Source: Escherichia phage vB_EcoM-ZQ1. Taken from it: a stretch of DNA of 64,000 nt. This document shows, piece after piece, positions 62,152 to 64,000 of the stretch. The DNA lies in sequence record MW650886.1, one strand, 5' to 3'. Position numbers and translations under genes: made by a program. The notes under the pieces are model-generated. The model ran no database searches and was not told the DNA's origin. It saw only the letters and a list, made by a program, of their open reading frames with translations. Within the stretch, counting starts at the first letter, position 1. Each line of letters opens with the position of its first letter.

Positions 62152-64000
62152 TCAATCCTTCTTGATAACTTCAGTCAGGCCGTTTCGCAGGCCGTAGCGA
62201 ATGTTGTGTTGGAAGTATTCCTGGAACTCCTGTTCGCGCTGGCTAATAACAAACAGGTTGTTCCCGCCGAACTTATGCTTCAACATCTCAACCGATTCCT
62301 GCACCCCGCGCTCGCTCATGTTCTCAAGGATCTCGTCCAGCACGAACAGGTTACATTGTACAGACGCCTTGAGGTTAGCCACATCGCGCAGAGCTAATGT
62401 CACAGCCAGGTTCAGACGACTGCGCTGGCCAGTAGACAGGGAGAAGATACTCTGTCCTTTGCGGCCTGCTGCGCTCATGGTGATCTCAAAGGTATCGTCA
62501 ACAACGATGTCCAGGAACATGTTGAGGGCTTCAAGATACTCGTTGATCTTGCTATTGAGGAATGGCAGATACAGGGCGATGATACGCGCCTTGGTCTGGT
62601 CATCTTTCAAGAAGAACAGCAGGTGCTGTAAGTCCTGGAGTTCTTGGTCGGCATCCTCGCGGCGCTGGTATAGATCCTCCAGTTCACCTTCCAACGCAGC
62701 GATGGAGTTCTCCAGGTCGGTGGTAGGTGTTGGCTTTACAGCCAGTTTACGCTCCAGATCGGCAATAGACGCCACGAGAGGAGCACGACGGGCTTTCAGC
62801 TCGGCGATCTTATCATCGACGGCTTTAATCCCGCTAACGGCATTCTCTCGCGTCTGTTGCAGCGACGCAGTGATGTCTTCAAAACGAACGTTCATTGCCT
62901 TACGGATGTCAAGGATCTTCTGTTGGCATTCACGGTTCAGCGAATTACACTCAATCGTGGCGACATCATGAAAACCTTGAATATCACGGCGCAGCTGCTT
63001 GATGTTGTCAACGATTTCGTCGGCCTGCTTGCGCATTGCATCAAGTTCAGCATCCAACACAGCAATGTCAGCAACCAGCTTGTCGTCCTGGGCTTTGTGG
63101 TCATCGATCAACACAGTGACTTCGGCGGTGACTTTATCCAGCTGGTCCAGCTTCGCCTGTAGATCCTGAATCCGAGGATTGTACTCGCTTTCAATGCGCG
63201 CCTTGGTATCGTCGGACACCAGTTGGGTACATGTTGGGCAAGTCCCCATGTCGTGGAAGCGCTTGATGGCCGACTGATGCCCCTCCATTTCAGTCTGGAA
63301 CTTGATACGGAAGTTCTCACCCTGCTGGCGGCGCTGAATAGCAGCGTTCAGGGTGTCCAGGTTTGTGTTGCGCTTGGTGAGCAGGGTGTTCTTGCGTTCG
63401 GCCACTGTAAAGGCGCGGTCACGCAAGACCTGAAGTTCATGCTCCGCAGTAGACACTTCGATGCGCTCATAATCATCGGCCTTTTCCTGAGCGGCATCCT
63501 TCACCGCCTGGATCTTGGCATCAAAGTCTTTCTTGACAGCCTCGATCTCTACCATGGATTCATCATGCAGGCGGCTTTCCACCGTCTTCATTTCCTGGGT
63601 GGCTTCAAACTCCACAGCCGTGAGGCGGGTGCGCTCCTCATTCTGCGCGGCAATGTCAGCATCCAGGGAATTCAGGGCTTCCTGTTGCTGTACAAGGATA
63701 TCGGCCGACTGCTGTTGGATCAGGGCGTTGGATTGCTCGATCTGCTGAAGCTGCGTCTTCTTGTTGGTGTGGTCAACAACCTTCAGTGCGCATTCGTTAG
63801 ATATAGAGTCCAGAGTTGCATTTGTCCTTTTGATGGCGGCCTTGACATCTTCGTTCATCAGGCTGAAGAAGCCCAAGTCCCAGATAGTCTCCACCATGGC
63901 GCGGCGGTCGGCTGTGTACATCTCCGTGAACGGAATGAACTTCTCTTTACCCAACACCAGAGAGTTCTCAAACATCTTCTGGTCTACACCGATGAGGTTC
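62152..64000 (-). CDS. recombination/repair ATPase (T4 gp46-like, Rad50/SbcC family), 5'-partial (N-terminus beyond the window end)
   Basis: long coiled coil, ABC signature LSTGQRSRL and D-loop LFVLDE at the C-terminus; no Walker A within the window, so the N-terminus lies upstream. Confidence 0.75.
   Translation of the reverse strand, partial: NLIGVDQKMFENSLVLGKEKFIPFTEMYTADRRAMVETIWDLGFFSLMNEDVKAAIKRTNATLDSISNECALKVVDHTNKKTQLQQIEQSNALIQQQSADILVQQQEALNSLDADIAAQNEERTRLTAVEFEATQEMKTVESRLHDESMVEIEAVKKDFDAKIQAVKDAAQEKADDYERIEVSTAEHELQVLRDRAFTVAERKNTLLTKRNTNLDTLNAAIQRRQQGENFRIKFQTEMEGHQSAIKRFHDMGTCPTCTQLVSDDTKARIESEYNPRIQDLQAKLDQLDKVTAEVTVLIDDHKAQDDKLVADIAVLDAELDAMRKQADEIVDNIKQLRRDIQGFHDVATIECNSLNRECQQKILDIRKAMNVRFEDITASLQQTRENAVSGIKAVDDKIAELKARRAPLVASIADLERKLAVKPTPTTDLENSIAALEGELEDLYQRREDADQELQDLQHLLFFLKDDQTKARIIALYLPFLNSKINEYLEALNMFLDIVVDDTFEITMSAAGRKGQSIFSLSTGQRSRLNLAVTLALRDVANLKASVQCNLFVLDEILENMSERGVQESVEMLKHKFGGNNLFVISQREQEFQEYFQHNIRYGLRNGLTEVIKKD

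Noticed and set aside
62201-62971. 256-aa plus-strand ORF inside the gp46-like gene
   Set aside because: Antisense to a gene with clear ABC-ATPase motifs; Ser/Arg-rich low-complexity product
1-64000. CRISPR arrays, integrase/transposase genes, rRNA
   Set aside because: No spaced direct-repeat arrays, no recombinase or transposase motifs and no rRNA-like conserved segments were seen on either strand

Overview
This window reads as part of a T4-like lytic myovirus genome: densely packed, translationally coupled genes with short intergenic regions punctuated by GC-stem tetraloop hairpins and T4-style late promoter boxes (TATAAATA). All calls rest on motif-level reading of the supplied translations; no database search was run. 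Recognisable T4-type replication and nucleotide-metabolism genes include topoisomerase II (gp39/60-like and gp52-like), DNA ligase, gp41 helicase, UvsX, gp32, gp61 primase, gp46 (Rad50-like, runs off the window end), NrdA/NrdB plus a glutaredoxin, PhoH, dCMP deaminase, dNMP kinase and a DexA-like exonuclease. Structural and lysis genes include a gp5-like hub whose enzymatic domain looks like a CHAP/NlpC-P60 peptidase, a gp25-like protein, a tape-measure-like protein, an endolysin and a signal-peptide SLT transglycosylase. The most interesting candidate is a module sitting where T4 has gene 42: a divergent thymidylate-synthase-family enzyme with a C-terminal extension, flanked by an unassigned P-loop kinase, dNMP kinase and an all-alpha NTP pyrophosphatase, which may make a modified pyrimidine for the phage DNA. 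Other accessory candidates are a PspA/IM30-like protein in an operon of small membrane proteins, a macro-domain protein beside a small metallophosphoesterase, a RuvC-like resolvase, and a 1096-aa protein carrying a 12-bp in-frame tandem repeat. No tRNA, rRNA, CRISPR array or transposase was found. Many short CDS are ORF-only calls with low confidence.
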